From: Pumilibacteraceae bacterium
GTDB taxonomy: Bacteria > Bacillota > Clostridia > Christensenellales > Pumilibacteraceae
Reading direction: 5' to 3'
DNA length: 64,000 bases
NCBI GenBank assembly: GCA_045654245.1
Contig: JAZOMX010000020.1
Coordinates: 50,106-114,105, forward strand
Shown piece after piece: positions 55,614 through 64,000 of this stretch. The position numbers and the translations under genes are program-made. The notes below the pieces were generated by a model that saw only the letters and a list, made by a program, of their open reading frames with translations, was not told where the DNA came from and made no database searches. Position 1 is the first letter of the stretch, and each line of letters starts with the position of its first letter.

Positions 55614-55817
55614 TTAGTATTCACTTAAGCCTAATAGATAATCGGCTGAAACGTCAAGGTACTTGCAAAGCGCATAAAGAGTTTGTAGCGAGGGTACGCT
55701 TTTACCCGTTTTGTAGTCGTTTATACATTGACGACAAACTCCTACGGCGCTAGCAATCTCCGCTTGACTTTTTCCGCTGGTTTTTATTACTTCGTTAAAT
55801 CTTTCAGTAAATTTCAT
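55614..55817 (-). CDS. XRE-family HTH regulator (HTH-only, 67 aa)
   Basis: Start set at ATG 55817; the longer ORF would overlap nagA. Reads GKSQAEIASAVGVCRQCINDYKTGKSVP. Confidence 0.8.
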   Translation of the reverse strand: MKFTERFNEVIKTSGKSQAEIASAVGVCRQCINDYKTGKSVPSLQTLYALCKYLDVSADYLLGLSEY

Positions 55818-55825
55818 ATTCGTTT

Positions 55826-56962
55826 TTACTTTACTCTTTCTCCGCCAACGACTACGAACGAAACGCAAATATCGTCGTCAAACGCAATTATATCAGCGTC
55901 GTAACCACACTCTAGTTTACCTTTATTAAGTCCTAAAATTCGAGCGGGAACTTCGGTTAGCATTTTCACGCTATCCACTACGCTTTCGCCAACTTCACGA
56001 GTAAGCACTCTTACGAGGCGGTCTTGAGTTGCGATACTGCCTGCAAACGCCGAGCGGTCGGCAAGGCGACAAACACCCTCTTCGATAATAAAGGGCGTAC
56101 CAGCCATAACGCCTTCTTTTATATCCGTACCGGCAAGGTGCAAACTATCGGTAATAAGGGCAACTTTGTCCTTTCCCTTAATTTTAAGTATCATCTTAAT
56201 AAGGTCGGGAGGCAAATGTTTTCCGTCGGCAATAAGTTCAACGAAAAGTTCGTCGCGAAGGTATGCGCTCTCTATTACTCCAAGCGAGCGGAAACCTTGT
56301 TTTCTAGTAACCGTACTCGTGCAAGAATATAAGTGAGTTATAAGTGAACAACCGTTGTCGATTGCCCGTGCCATATCCTCATACTTTGCGTCGGTATGTC
56401 CTGCCGAGGCTACTATTCCTCGTGATACGAGTTCGGCGCAAAAACTACCGTCGTCGTACTCGGGCGCATAAGTCCAACGAGCAACCTCGTCGCCATACTT
56501 TTCCAAAAACGGCAAATATTCTTCCCGCTTAGGAGCGGTAATAAAATCGGGGCATTGCGCTCCGCATTGAGTTGCAGATAGGTACGGACCCTCTAGGTGC
56601 GCGCCTATAATATTTGCTTTACTCTCTCCGCTTTTTTTTGCCTCAGCGATATCCTCTACCGCTTTTTGCATAACCGAAAAAGGCGAGGCGGAAATCGTGG
56701 GCAAAATTGAAGTCGTGCCGTTCTCTAAATGAAAATTACAACCCTTAACGACTTCTGCGGGCGTACTATCTACGAAAGCGTGACCGCCACCGCCGTGAGT
56801 GTGCATTTCAATAAACCCCGGCGAGAGGAATTTGCCCGTAAGGTCTATTACCTCGCCAGCAGGTCTATCCTTCGTAACGGCGGAAATCTTATTTCCGTTA
56901 GTCGTCAAATAGCCGTTAAGCAATCCGCTAGGCGTAATAATTTTGTCGCTTTTAATTATCAT
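55826..56962 (-). CDS. nagA: N-acetylglucosamine-6-phosphate deacetylase
   Basis: 378 aa. GFIEMHTHGGGGH, GAHLEGPY and HLYS motifs. Confidence 0.9.
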   Translation of the reverse strand: MIIKSDKIITPSGLLNGYLTTNGNKISAVTKDRPAGEVIDLTGKFLSPGFIEMHTHGGGGHAFVDSTPAEVVKGCNFHLENGTTSILPTISASPFSVMQKAVEDIAEAKKSGESKANIIGAHLEGPYLSATQCGAQCPDFITAPKREEYLPFLEKYGDEVARWTYAPEYDDGSFCAELVSRGIVASAGHTDAKYEDMARAIDNGCSLITHLYSCTSTVTRKQGFRSLGVIESAYLRDELFVELIADGKHLPPDLIKMILKIKGKDKVALITDSLHLAGTDIKEGVMAGTPFIIEEGVCRLADRSAFAGSIATQDRLVRVLTREVGESVVDSVKMLTEVPARILGLNKGKLECGYDADIIAFDDDICVSFVVVGGERVK

Positions 56963-57717
56963 AACAAACTACTGCTGTCTCCGTCGAGGTAAAGCACCGC
57001 GCTCTTATGACGACGCAAAGCCGTAGCGGGACACTCCTCGTTAATCTCGCCCGTAAGCGTACGCTTAACAGCCTTTGCTTTAGTGGGCGCAGGTACTATG
57101 CAAAAACAGTATGGAGCGCGCATAAGCGTAGGACAAGTAAGCGTTAGGGCGTACTTGGGTACTTCGTCAATGCTCTTAAAACAACCATCGTTTACTTGTT
57201 GCTGACGGCAAACCTCGTCTAGAGGCACTACCTTAACCGTCTTTTCGTCGTTAAAGTCGGCAACCCACGGGTCGTTAAAAGCGATATGACCGTTCTCGCC
57301 GATACCCATAACTACGATATCGGTTAAGTTACGGTTGAGTAAATTCGAATAACGCTCCGCCTCTTTTTCGGGCTCGGTTGCCTCACAATCGATTAGGTTT
57401 ACGCTCTTGAACGGAACTTTACCGAAAATATGCTCCATTAAGAAGTTACCAAAACCTTGGGGTGCGGACGCAGATAGTCCGATATATTCGTCCATATGAT
57501 AAGCGTTAATTCTATTCCACTCGATATCCTTTCTCTCGATTAGCGACGCAAGGACGTCGTTTTGCGAGGGAGCGGCAGCAAAAATCATATTGATTTCGCT
57601 CTTAGTCTTTAACAACTCTACGATTTTATCGCCGATATCCTTTGCTGAAACTTCGCCCATTTCTTTTCTAGTCGGGCTAATCTTAACTCGCAAATTATCT
57701 ACTTTATACTCTTTCAT
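56959..57717 (-). CDS. nagB: Glucosamine-6-phosphate deaminase family protein
   Basis: 252 aa. HMDEYIGL, MGIGENGHIAFNDP and VPKYALTLT motifs. Confidence 0.85.
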   Translation of the reverse strand: MKEYKVDNLRVKISPTRKEMGEVSAKDIGDKIVELLKTKSEINMIFAAAPSQNDVLASLIERKDIEWNRINAYHMDEYIGLSASAPQGFGNFLMEHIFGKVPFKSVNLIDCEATEPEKEAERYSNLLNRNLTDIVVMGIGENGHIAFNDPWVADFNDEKTVKVVPLDEVCRQQQVNDGCFKSIDEVPKYALTLTCPTLMRAPYCFCIVPAPTKAKAVKRTLTGEINEECPATALRRHKSAVLYLDGDSSSLL

Positions 57718-58556
57718 AGTAAACTCCTCAATTCCTTTACGGCTATATCGAAAGCCTCTTGTTGCGTTTCAAACTTATACGGATTATCGAAAGTTTTACC
57801 CACTAATGCGTTTAATCCGCTAAAAGTTTGCAAATGTGGTTCAAGCGTAATGAAAACCTCACGGTCAAACTCTTCGCCGTAACGGCACAAAATCTCCTGA
57901 ATTTTCGCCTCGCCCTTGCCTGCAGGTACGATTGCGCCTGCCTTTAGGGCGTCTTTTATATGAAAATACTCGATATAGTCCTTTAATTTTTCATAAGCCG
58001 TGGGATACGCAACTACGCCGTCAAGCGTAAAATTGCCCATATCGAACACGCACTTTAGTCGTCCACCGAAATAGCGCAGTAAGTCCAAACAATGGTCGTC
58101 GCTCTCGCCGTAAATCTTCGCCTCGTTTTCGTGGCAAAGCGTAAGCGAATACTCGTCCGCTAGGTCGAGTAGTTTTCCTAACCTATCTAGAACTTCGCTT
58201 CTAACCTCTTCTCTCGTCTTATCCTCGGGATAATAGAACGAAAACATACGGATATTCTTTGCGCCCAAAATAGTGGCGTTATCAAAAACTCTTTTCGCCT
58301 TTTCAAGTTCTACCGAAAAGTCGTCCGCTATATTACTCTTTCCAAGCGGAGAGCCGATTGCCGAAACCTTAATACCCTCTCTATCAAGTCTAGCCTTAAT
58401 TTCTTTTACCTGCTCTTTAGAAAGGTTTGCGATATTCACCCCGTCAACGAAACGCAATTCGATATACTCGATATTATTCTTTTTAAGTCCCTCTATTTGC
58501 TCGTCAAGAGACGAACCGTACTCGTCGGCAAAAGCGGACAAAATAATCTTCGACAT
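57714..58556 (-). CDS. Sugar phosphate isomerase/epimerase (xylose-isomerase-like TIM barrel)
   Basis: 280 aa. Typical AP_endonuc_2 pattern (IELRF, HENE, LEPH). Confidence 0.8.
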   Translation of the reverse strand: MSKIILSAFADEYGSSLDEQIEGLKKNNIEYIELRFVDGVNIANLSKEQVKEIKARLDREGIKVSAIGSPLGKSNIADDFSVELEKAKRVFDNATILGAKNIRMFSFYYPEDKTREEVRSEVLDRLGKLLDLADEYSLTLCHENEAKIYGESDDHCLDLLRYFGGRLKCVFDMGNFTLDGVVAYPTAYEKLKDYIEYFHIKDALKAGAIVPAGKGEAKIQEILCRYGEEFDREVFITLEPHLQTFSGLNALVGKTFDNPYKFETQQEAFDIAVKELRSLL

Positions 58557-59428
58557 TAAATTTCCTCCACGGGATTAACCTTTTCTTCTTTTCCACTCTC
58601 AAGCGAACGGAAAATAGCGTTCATAACGAACACGGGCGCAATAAATTCACGAGCGTCCTTTTCTTGCTCTTTGCCGTTAAGCGCCGAATAGTAATGAGCA
58701 AACTCTTGCTTAAAGTTATCGTCGTCAACGATAAACTCACCGCCAAACATACCGTTCTCGGTGGATAGGTATGCGTAATACTTGTAATTTTGGTCGGTAA
58801 ACTCAAGCGCAATATCATATTCATTATATCTAACCGTCACCGTAACTACGTCGCCGTTCTTAATCGCGAGAACGCTTTTGGGATAATATCCAAAAATCTC
58901 GCTCGCAACCTCAACCATATGTTGAGCGTAGAAGAAAAAGTCACCGTACGGATTGCTTAAACTTACGGGAGCGCGCAAAAATCCTCCGTACACTCTACCC
59001 TCGCTTTTACTTTCAGCGATTTTTTTAAGTTCGGGTACGAGGCTGGAATATACGCAACTACTTCCACCCGTAAACTTAACGCCGTACTTACGGAACTGGC
59101 GCATCATCTCTACCGCCTCTTGCTCGGAAACGGTAATAGGCTTGTCTATAAACATAGGCACTCCGCTCTCAATATACGGGCGAGCATACTTATAGTGATT
59201 GTCGCCGTGACGAGCGGTAACGATTACGCCGTCAACCTTACCAACTGCGTCGGCATAATTGTCCATAACGGATACGCCAAACTCGTCGGCAAGTTTTTTA
59301 GACGCTTCTACTTCGTCAGAATAAACGCCCAAAAACTGAATATCGTCGTATGCTTTTTCTTTTACTACTAACTTCAAAAAATTGTCGGCGTGAGAATTTT
59401 CACACCCTAAAATAACTACTTTTTTCAT
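58556..59428 (-). CDS. Gfo/Idh/MocA-family oxidoreductase (short form)
   Basis: Start set at ATG 59428 (MKKVVILGCENSHAD). Rossmann N-terminus and an FIDKP motif. Confidence 0.8.
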   Translation of the reverse strand: MKKVVILGCENSHADNFLKLVVKEKAYDDIQFLGVYSDEVEASKKLADEFGVSVMDNYADAVGKVDGVIVTARHGDNHYKYARPYIESGVPMFIDKPITVSEQEAVEMMRQFRKYGVKFTGGSSCVYSSLVPELKKIAESKSEGRVYGGFLRAPVSLSNPYGDFFFYAQHMVEVASEIFGYYPKSVLAIKNGDVVTVTVRYNEYDIALEFTDQNYKYYAYLSTENGMFGGEFIVDDDNFKQEFAHYYSALNGKEQEKDAREFIAPVFVMNAIFRSLESGKEEKVNPVEEI

Positions 59429-59432
59429 AATC

Positions 59433-60509
59433 TTACAAAAATTTAAGGTCAAGCGGATTGTCTGCGTGTACTTTCTCGATAACTCTAATAACGCTCGCCG
59501 CAGTCTCTGCCGTTACGGGCATTTCAGCGCCCGTGGTTATGGTGTTATATAGTCCTTTATAGAAATCTCTCGTTCCAACGTCAAACGCAGAACCGCAAAG
59601 TTTTCCCTCTTCTTCGTGAGTAATGAGTTTCTCAGAGCAGTAAATCGGGTTACCATTCTCGTCTTTAAGCGACTCGCGGATTACGGGACGAGGTTCGTTC
59701 TCGCCGTCAACGATATACTTCATTTTGTAATCTCCGCCTGCGGTCAACTTCATAGTTCCCTTACTACCTTGAATTTTTACGTTGTAGTCGGTGTAAGCGT
59801 CGATTGCGCTAATCTCAACGTCAACTACGGGCTTGTCGGGAGCGGTCATAATAATCTTTGCGTAGTCGTCCGCATCTCCGCTAGTAAGCGTTCTTCCCAA
59901 ACGAGAGAATACTACTTGCGCGTTCTTGTCGTAATCTAGAAATCCTAACGCCATACCGATAGGATGAGGACCGGTATTGTAAATACTACCCGCAGTCTTT
60001 ACTTGTAAAGTCTGCCAGTCCCAACGACGGGATAATCCGTTATAGCGTATGCTAACTTGCTCAATCTTACCAAGTTTTCCGCTAGCAATCGTCTCAAGTG
60101 CGTATAGATAGAACGGAGCAAGGAAAGTTTGCTGGAATACTGCAAGCACAACGCCCTTTTCCTTTGCCGTGCGCATAAGCGTCATACACTCGTAATAACT
60201 TGCGCCAAAAGGTTTTTCTACCACCACGTTAAATCCGTGTTCGAGCAAGTCTTTCGTAATCGAATAGTGCATTTCAGAATAGGACGCGTTTACCACTACG
60301 TCGATATCTTTTCTGCCGAAAAGCATAGTATAGCACTCGATCGCCTCACAACCGGGATACTCTTTAAGAGCGAGTTCTCTTCTAGCCGGGTCAGTTTCAA
60401 CGACTACGGCAACTTCGAACCACTCGTTGTCAGCGCTACGATAAAAATGTCCGTGGATATCTCTACCACTTCTTCCTTGACCAATAATTGCAAGTCTTAA
60501 TTTTTTCAT
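59433..60509 (-). CDS. Gfo/Idh/MocA-family oxidoreductase
   Basis: 358 aa. LRLAIIGQGRSG Rossmann motif and VVVEKP. Confidence 0.85.
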   Translation of the reverse strand: MKKLRLAIIGQGRSGRDIHGHFYRSADNEWFEVAVVVETDPARRELALKEYPGCEAIECYTMLFGRKDIDVVVNASYSEMHYSITKDLLEHGFNVVVEKPFGASYYECMTLMRTAKEKGVVLAVFQQTFLAPFYLYALETIASGKLGKIEQVSIRYNGLSRRWDWQTLQVKTAGSIYNTGPHPIGMALGFLDYDKNAQVVFSRLGRTLTSGDADDYAKIIMTAPDKPVVDVEISAIDAYTDYNVKIQGSKGTMKLTAGGDYKMKYIVDGENEPRPVIRESLKDENGNPIYCSEKLITHEEEGKLCGSAFDVGTRDFYKGLYNTITTGAEMPVTAETAASVIRVIEKVHADNPLDLKFL

Positions 60510-60635
60510 AATACCTCCTTAATAATAGGTTTATACCTTAATTATATATTGCTTTATCTTAAAGTAAATTGCAAAAAGCACCGAGTAATATTGCAAAAAA
60601 TGCAAGTTCTCGATGCTTAATATTATATCGTTTCG

Positions 60636-62048
60636 TTATTCCGTTTGGGTTATATCGCTACTAAGTACGGTGTACTCGGTAAGCGTGATTTCGTTTCCGC
60701 CTCTTACAACCTTAAAATTAATTTTATCGCCCTCGAAAACGGTAAATAGAATATCTCCCACCTCGAAAATTCGATTTAGTTTTTTCTCTACTCCGTTTAC
60801 GATAATCGACTTTATCTCGTCGCCTAACGCAAGTCCCATACCCTCGCCGATAAGTCCTTCTTCTACATTGCTTATCGTTATGCTCTCGACGATTTTTCCG
60901 TAGCCGTCTTGCTCGGAATACACGAATTTAGCGTCTCCTTTGGTTACCTCGATACCAAGTTTAACCTTTTTAGCGTTCTTTTCTCCGCTCGGCGAATAAT
61001 GCATAATATTCTCTACGACGCCTCTAACGATTTGGACGGGTACTGCGTAGTTCACGTTTTGGTCCTCGCCGTCGCCTGCGTTAGTAATACCGATTAGTTT
61101 ACCCTCGCCGTCGAAAAGTCCGCCTCCCGAACTTCCGTTATAAATCGCCGTGTCTATTCTTACTACGCGATAACTTCTCGTAGTTCCGTCAACCGATAAC
61201 GCTATATATTCGTTGTCAACGCTAACTATTCCCTCGGTAACCGATATGCCTTCGCCTTCGGGGTTGCCGATTGCAATCGCCGTCTCGCCCACCTTATAAC
61301 CGCTAGCAAACTCGATTTCTTTTACGCCGTCGTTTATCGCAAGAACGTCGCTCGTTCTCGCTCTTATAACCGCTATATCGGCAGTAACCGAACCGCCTAC
61401 TAACTCGCACTCAATCGCATAATCGCCGTACTCGTAAACGGTACAACCGTTAGCGTCCTTATTCTCCGTTGCGGTTGGATTTCCCTCACTACCGTAAAGA
61501 TAGCAAACTATTTTCTTCGCCGTTTTGCCCGTCTCGAGCGCGTTCTTATTATAAATGACGTGATAGTTCGTTATAAAATAAGTGTAATCGCTATTCTTCT
61601 CGTATAATACGGCAGAGCCTAAATATACGGCGGTCTCCTTACTGCCTCTATTCGACTGCGTAAACTCGCAATAAACCTTAGCCGACGAAAGCAACGCCTC
61701 GTTAATTATGTTAACGCTTCCTTCGGCGTTTATTGAAAACAAACTTAAAAAGTCGGCGTAAGTTGCGCTCGGGTACTGCTCTTTGTACTTATTGAATAGG
61801 TCGGTTACCGTTAAATCCGTTCCGTCCTTGCCGTCTGCCCCCGCTAATCCGTCCGCGCCGTTACTAATCTCCAGCGTTGAAGTCGTGCCGTCCGAATAAG
61901 TTATAGTATAAGTATCGGTAAGCCCTTCGGTTGAAGTAAGTTCAATCGAAACTACGCTTACCGTTTCCTTGGTTGAGCCAACGCAACCAAAGATACCGCT
62001 AAAAATAAGCGTGATAGAAAGTAAAATCAATAAAATTTTTCGTTTCAT
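60636..62048 (-). CDS. Trypsin-like (S1C/HtrA-type) serine protease lipoprotein with C-terminal PDZ-like domain
   Basis: 470 aa. Lipobox IFGC, GNPEGEG..TEGIVS and NGSSGGGLFD motifs. A short Gly-X-Y run (GADGLAGADGKDGTD) lies near the N-terminus. Confidence 0.8.
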   Translation of the reverse strand: MKRKILLILLSITLIFSGIFGCVGSTKETVSVVSIELTSTEGLTDTYTITYSDGTTSTLEISNGADGLAGADGKDGTDLTVTDLFNKYKEQYPSATYADFLSLFSINAEGSVNIINEALLSSAKVYCEFTQSNRGSKETAVYLGSAVLYEKNSDYTYFITNYHVIYNKNALETGKTAKKIVCYLYGSEGNPTATENKDANGCTVYEYGDYAIECELVGGSVTADIAVIRARTSDVLAINDGVKEIEFASGYKVGETAIAIGNPEGEGISVTEGIVSVDNEYIALSVDGTTRSYRVVRIDTAIYNGSSGGGLFDGEGKLIGITNAGDGEDQNVNYAVPVQIVRGVVENIMHYSPSGEKNAKKVKLGIEVTKGDAKFVYSEQDGYGKIVESITISNVEEGLIGEGMGLALGDEIKSIIVNGVEKKLNRIFEVGDILFTVFEGDKINFKVVRGGNEITLTEYTVLSSDITQTE

Positions 62049-62177
62049 CTATTTCTCCTTTTGCAAAACTTCAAGTTTCGTTTATATAATACCACAAAAA
62101 AACGATAATAATCAATAAAATAAATGAAAATATCGTGAAAAAAATGTATTCTTCGTCTTTTTTAACGGGCTTTTCGA

Positions 62178-62206
62178 TTGAGTTAGAAGAAAAAAAGTGC
62201 TATAAT
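62178..62206 (+). promoter_or_regulatory. Promoter TTGAGT-17-TGcTATAAT placed 6 nt before the chrA ATG
   Basis: TTGAGT at 62178-62183, a 17-nt spacer, and TATAAT at 62201-62206 with an upstream TG. Confidence 0.55.
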
Positions 62207-62212
62207 ACGGGT

Positions 62213-62830
62213 ATGAAAAAGGCTCTTTTATTATTTTTGACTTTCTTTAAGATAGGCTTATTCACTTTCGGCGGTGGATACGCTATGATTTCGATTATCG
62301 AAAACGAGTTCGTTTCACGCAAAAAAGCGCTCGAGCACGACGAATTTATGGACGTTATTGCAATCGCCGAGTCCACGCCCGGACCTATTGCGATTAACTG
62401 CGCCACCTATATCGGTTATAAAATGGGAAAACTGCTTGGCTCTGTGTTTGCAACGATAGGCGTAGTTTTACCCTCGCTAATCATAATTTTTTGCATTTCG
62501 CTTTTCTTCGACGCGTTCTTGTCGCTAACGCTCGTTAGTTATGCGTTTAGAGGAATTCAAGCGTGCGTAATCTACCTTATTCTCTCCGCCGGAATAAAAA
62601 TGTTCAAAAAACTCCCCAAAACACCAGTAAATATGATTGTCTTGGTTGCGGTAATGGCTTGTATGATTTGCTTTTCTCTTTTTGCTATCAAGTTCTCGTC
62701 GATATTCTATATCCTTATTTCCGGTGTTATCGGTCTTATTATCTACCTTATCGGTTACGCAAAAAACCGTAGCGAGCAAAAAAACGCTAGCAAAGTAACG
62801 ACTGAAAACGAGGAGGAAAATAAACAATGA
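62213..62830 (+). CDS. chrA: Chromate transporter family protein (half-size, N-type)
   Basis: FLTFFKIGLFTFGGGYAMI and ESTPGPIAIN motifs. Start set at ATG 62213 rather than GTG 62135 (family N-terminus and promoter position). Confidence 0.85.
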   Translation: MKKALLLFLTFFKIGLFTFGGGYAMISIIENEFVSRKKALEHDEFMDVIAIAESTPGPIAINCATYIGYKMGKLLGSVFATIGVVLPSLIIIFCISLFFDAFLSLTLVSYAFRGIQACVIYLILSAGIKMFKKLPKTPVNMIVLVAVMACMICFSLFAIKFSSIFYILISGVIGLIIYLIGYAKNRSEQKNASKVTTENEEENKQ

Positions 62831-63399
62831 TTTTTCTTAAATTGTTTTTAACTTTCCTCAAAATCGGCGCTGTTTCTTTCGGCGGTGGCTATGGTATGAT
62901 ACCTATGATTAGAGAAGAAACGATTGCAAACGGCTGGCTAACGGAGGGCGAACTGCTAAACTTTATCGCAGTAGCAGAGTCCACTCCTGGCCCGATTGCC
63001 GTCAATATCGCGACCTTTGTCGGCTCGTCGCAAGGCGGAATTTTGGGTGCGCTTTGCGCAACCCTAGGCGCGGTTTTACCCTCGTTTATCATTATCCTAA
63101 TTATCGTCGCCGTTATCCGCAATCTACTCAAATATGCGGGCGTAAAAGCGGTGCTAAAATCTTTCCACCCTGCTATTGCGGGTATGATACTAGCAACCTC
63201 GGTTACCATTTTCTTAAGCACGATACTAGGCGTTTCCACCGTTAAATCCACCGTCGCTTTCGACTGGAGAGGTCTTATCATATTCACAGTAATACTTACA
63301 CTTGGAACTCTCTATAAAAAGTTTAGAAAAAAAGCGCTCTCGCCTATCGTCTTAATTTTGTGTTCCGCCGTTTTAGGTATGGCGCTGTACTCAATCTAA
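62827..63399 (+). CDS. chrA: Chromate transporter family protein (half-size, C-type)
   Basis: 190 aa. FLKIGAVSFGGGYGMIP and ESTPGPIAVN motifs. ATGA overlap with the upstream gene and a GAGGAGG RBS. Confidence 0.88.
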   Translation: MIFLKLFLTFLKIGAVSFGGGYGMIPMIREETIANGWLTEGELLNFIAVAESTPGPIAVNIATFVGSSQGGILGALCATLGAVLPSFIIILIIVAVIRNLLKYAGVKAVLKSFHPAIAGMILATSVTIFLSTILGVSTVKSTVAFDWRGLIIFTVILTLGTLYKKFRKKALSPIVLILCSAVLGMALYSI

Positions 63400-63413
63400 A
63401 TATTACGAGCATT

Positions 63414-63450
63414 ACGAAAAAATCTCCTTAGCAAAAAGGAGATTTTTTGT
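63414..63450. terminator. Bidirectional terminator
   Basis: atctcctt/aaggagat stem (63422-63443) flanked by A6 and T6 runs. Confidence 0.85.
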
Positions 63451-63461
63451 TTTATTTAGTT

Positions 63462-64000
63462 TTATTCGCTTTTTAATTTATCGTAAATTTTTACGATTAC
63501 GGGAAGAGCAATCAGTTGAAGTAATACGCCGTAAAGTCCACCGAGCAAACTCGTTGCCGAGGATATAACGCTTATTCTTGCGTCCGCAAAAAGATAAACG
63601 GCAACGACTACGGAGAGCATATACGCTATTCGTCCTGCGATTTGGGAAATCACGATTTTTGCGCCGACCGGCATTTTCTTGTCAGCAAGCAACCCCGAAA
63701 CTAGTCCGTACACGCCGAGTTCTACTACCATTAACGGCAACGAGGCTAGGTACGGCATACCGGTAATACCGAAACTAACTACGGGCGCAAGCAAGCCCGT
63801 TACCAAGCCGGCAATCGGTCCTACGGTAAGTCCTAGCGCAAGTACGGGCAAGTGCATAGGCGAAAACGCTACGCCTAACGCTTTCCCCGTCCCCGTTAAA
63901 TATCCGATTATATGAAACGCCTGCGGAAGAGCAACCGCTCCGAAAATTCCGATTATAGAATATAGTAGTTGCACGCTAACGCTTTTACTGTAAGTCCTCG
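63462..64000 (-). CDS. ECF-transporter S-component-like membrane protein (5' end probably beyond the window)
   Basis: The frame stays open to base 64000 upstream of the GTG used by the ORF track. Multi-TM, with FSPMHLPVLALGLTVGPIAG typical of the ECF_trnsprt family. Confidence 0.65.
   Translation of the reverse strand, partial: RTYSKSVSVQLLYSIIGIFGAVALPQAFHIIGYLTGTGKALGVAFSPMHLPVLALGLTVGPIAGLVTGLLAPVVSFGITGMPYLASLPLMVVELGVYGLVSGLLADKKMPVGAKIVISQIAGRIAYMLSVVVAVYLFADARISVISSATSLLGGLYGVLLQLIALPVIVKIYDKLKSE

Noticed and set aside
60636-62048. Collagen-like Gly-X-Y stretch in the serine protease
   Set aside because: Only five triplets (GADGLAGADGKDGTD) are present, too short to form a collagen triple helix. 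It is noted only in the feature evidence.
1-64000. Search for tRNA, rRNA, tmRNA, RNase P, IS elements or integrases
   Set aside because: Apart from 13485-13973, no intergenic gap exceeds about 210 bp. None shows tRNA T-loop/anticodon-arm signatures. No ORF has transposase or recombinase motifs.

Overview
This is a 64-kb chromosomal segment from a spore-forming Firmicute, probably a Clostridia-type organism. The sporulation and germination genes support that: spoIIR, sleB-ypeB, yyaC, veg and a SipL-like DUF3794+LysM gene, plus a Bacillus-type DnaB/DnaI primosome pair. I call about 62 protein genes. They are tightly packed and about 90% are on the minus strand. Most are housekeeping genes: a two-component system, metA, replicative helicase, typA, pepF, ispE, rsmA, rplM-rpsI, pth-mfd, a PrsA-like PPIase, murC, an amino-acid ABC transporter, a nagA/nagB sugar operon and a chrA pair. 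I saw no rRNA, tRNA, CRISPR array, transposase, integrase or recognisable defence gene. The less ordinary parts are listed below.
- An 8-kb, seven-gene operon (18.7-26.8 kb) combines fucI, a redox trio and two roughly 85-90% identical DUF4838-like paralogs flanking an esterase. The redox trio is a TrxR-like flavoprotein without the NADPH motif, an FmdB zinc ribbon and a nitroreductase.
- A 1.2-kb AT-rich islet (17.46-18.68 kb) carries an XRE repressor, paired operators, an orphan membrane protein and a truncated methyltransferase.
- The only long intergenic region (13485-13973) contains helically phased T-tracts upstream of the dnaB-like/dnaI operon.
- A nagA/nagB operon also encodes two Gfo/Idh/MocA oxidoreductases and a TIM-barrel isomerase.
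- Several orphan proteins are present, including a double zinc ribbon with a polyacidic tail.
All function calls rest on motifs read by eye. No database search was possible.
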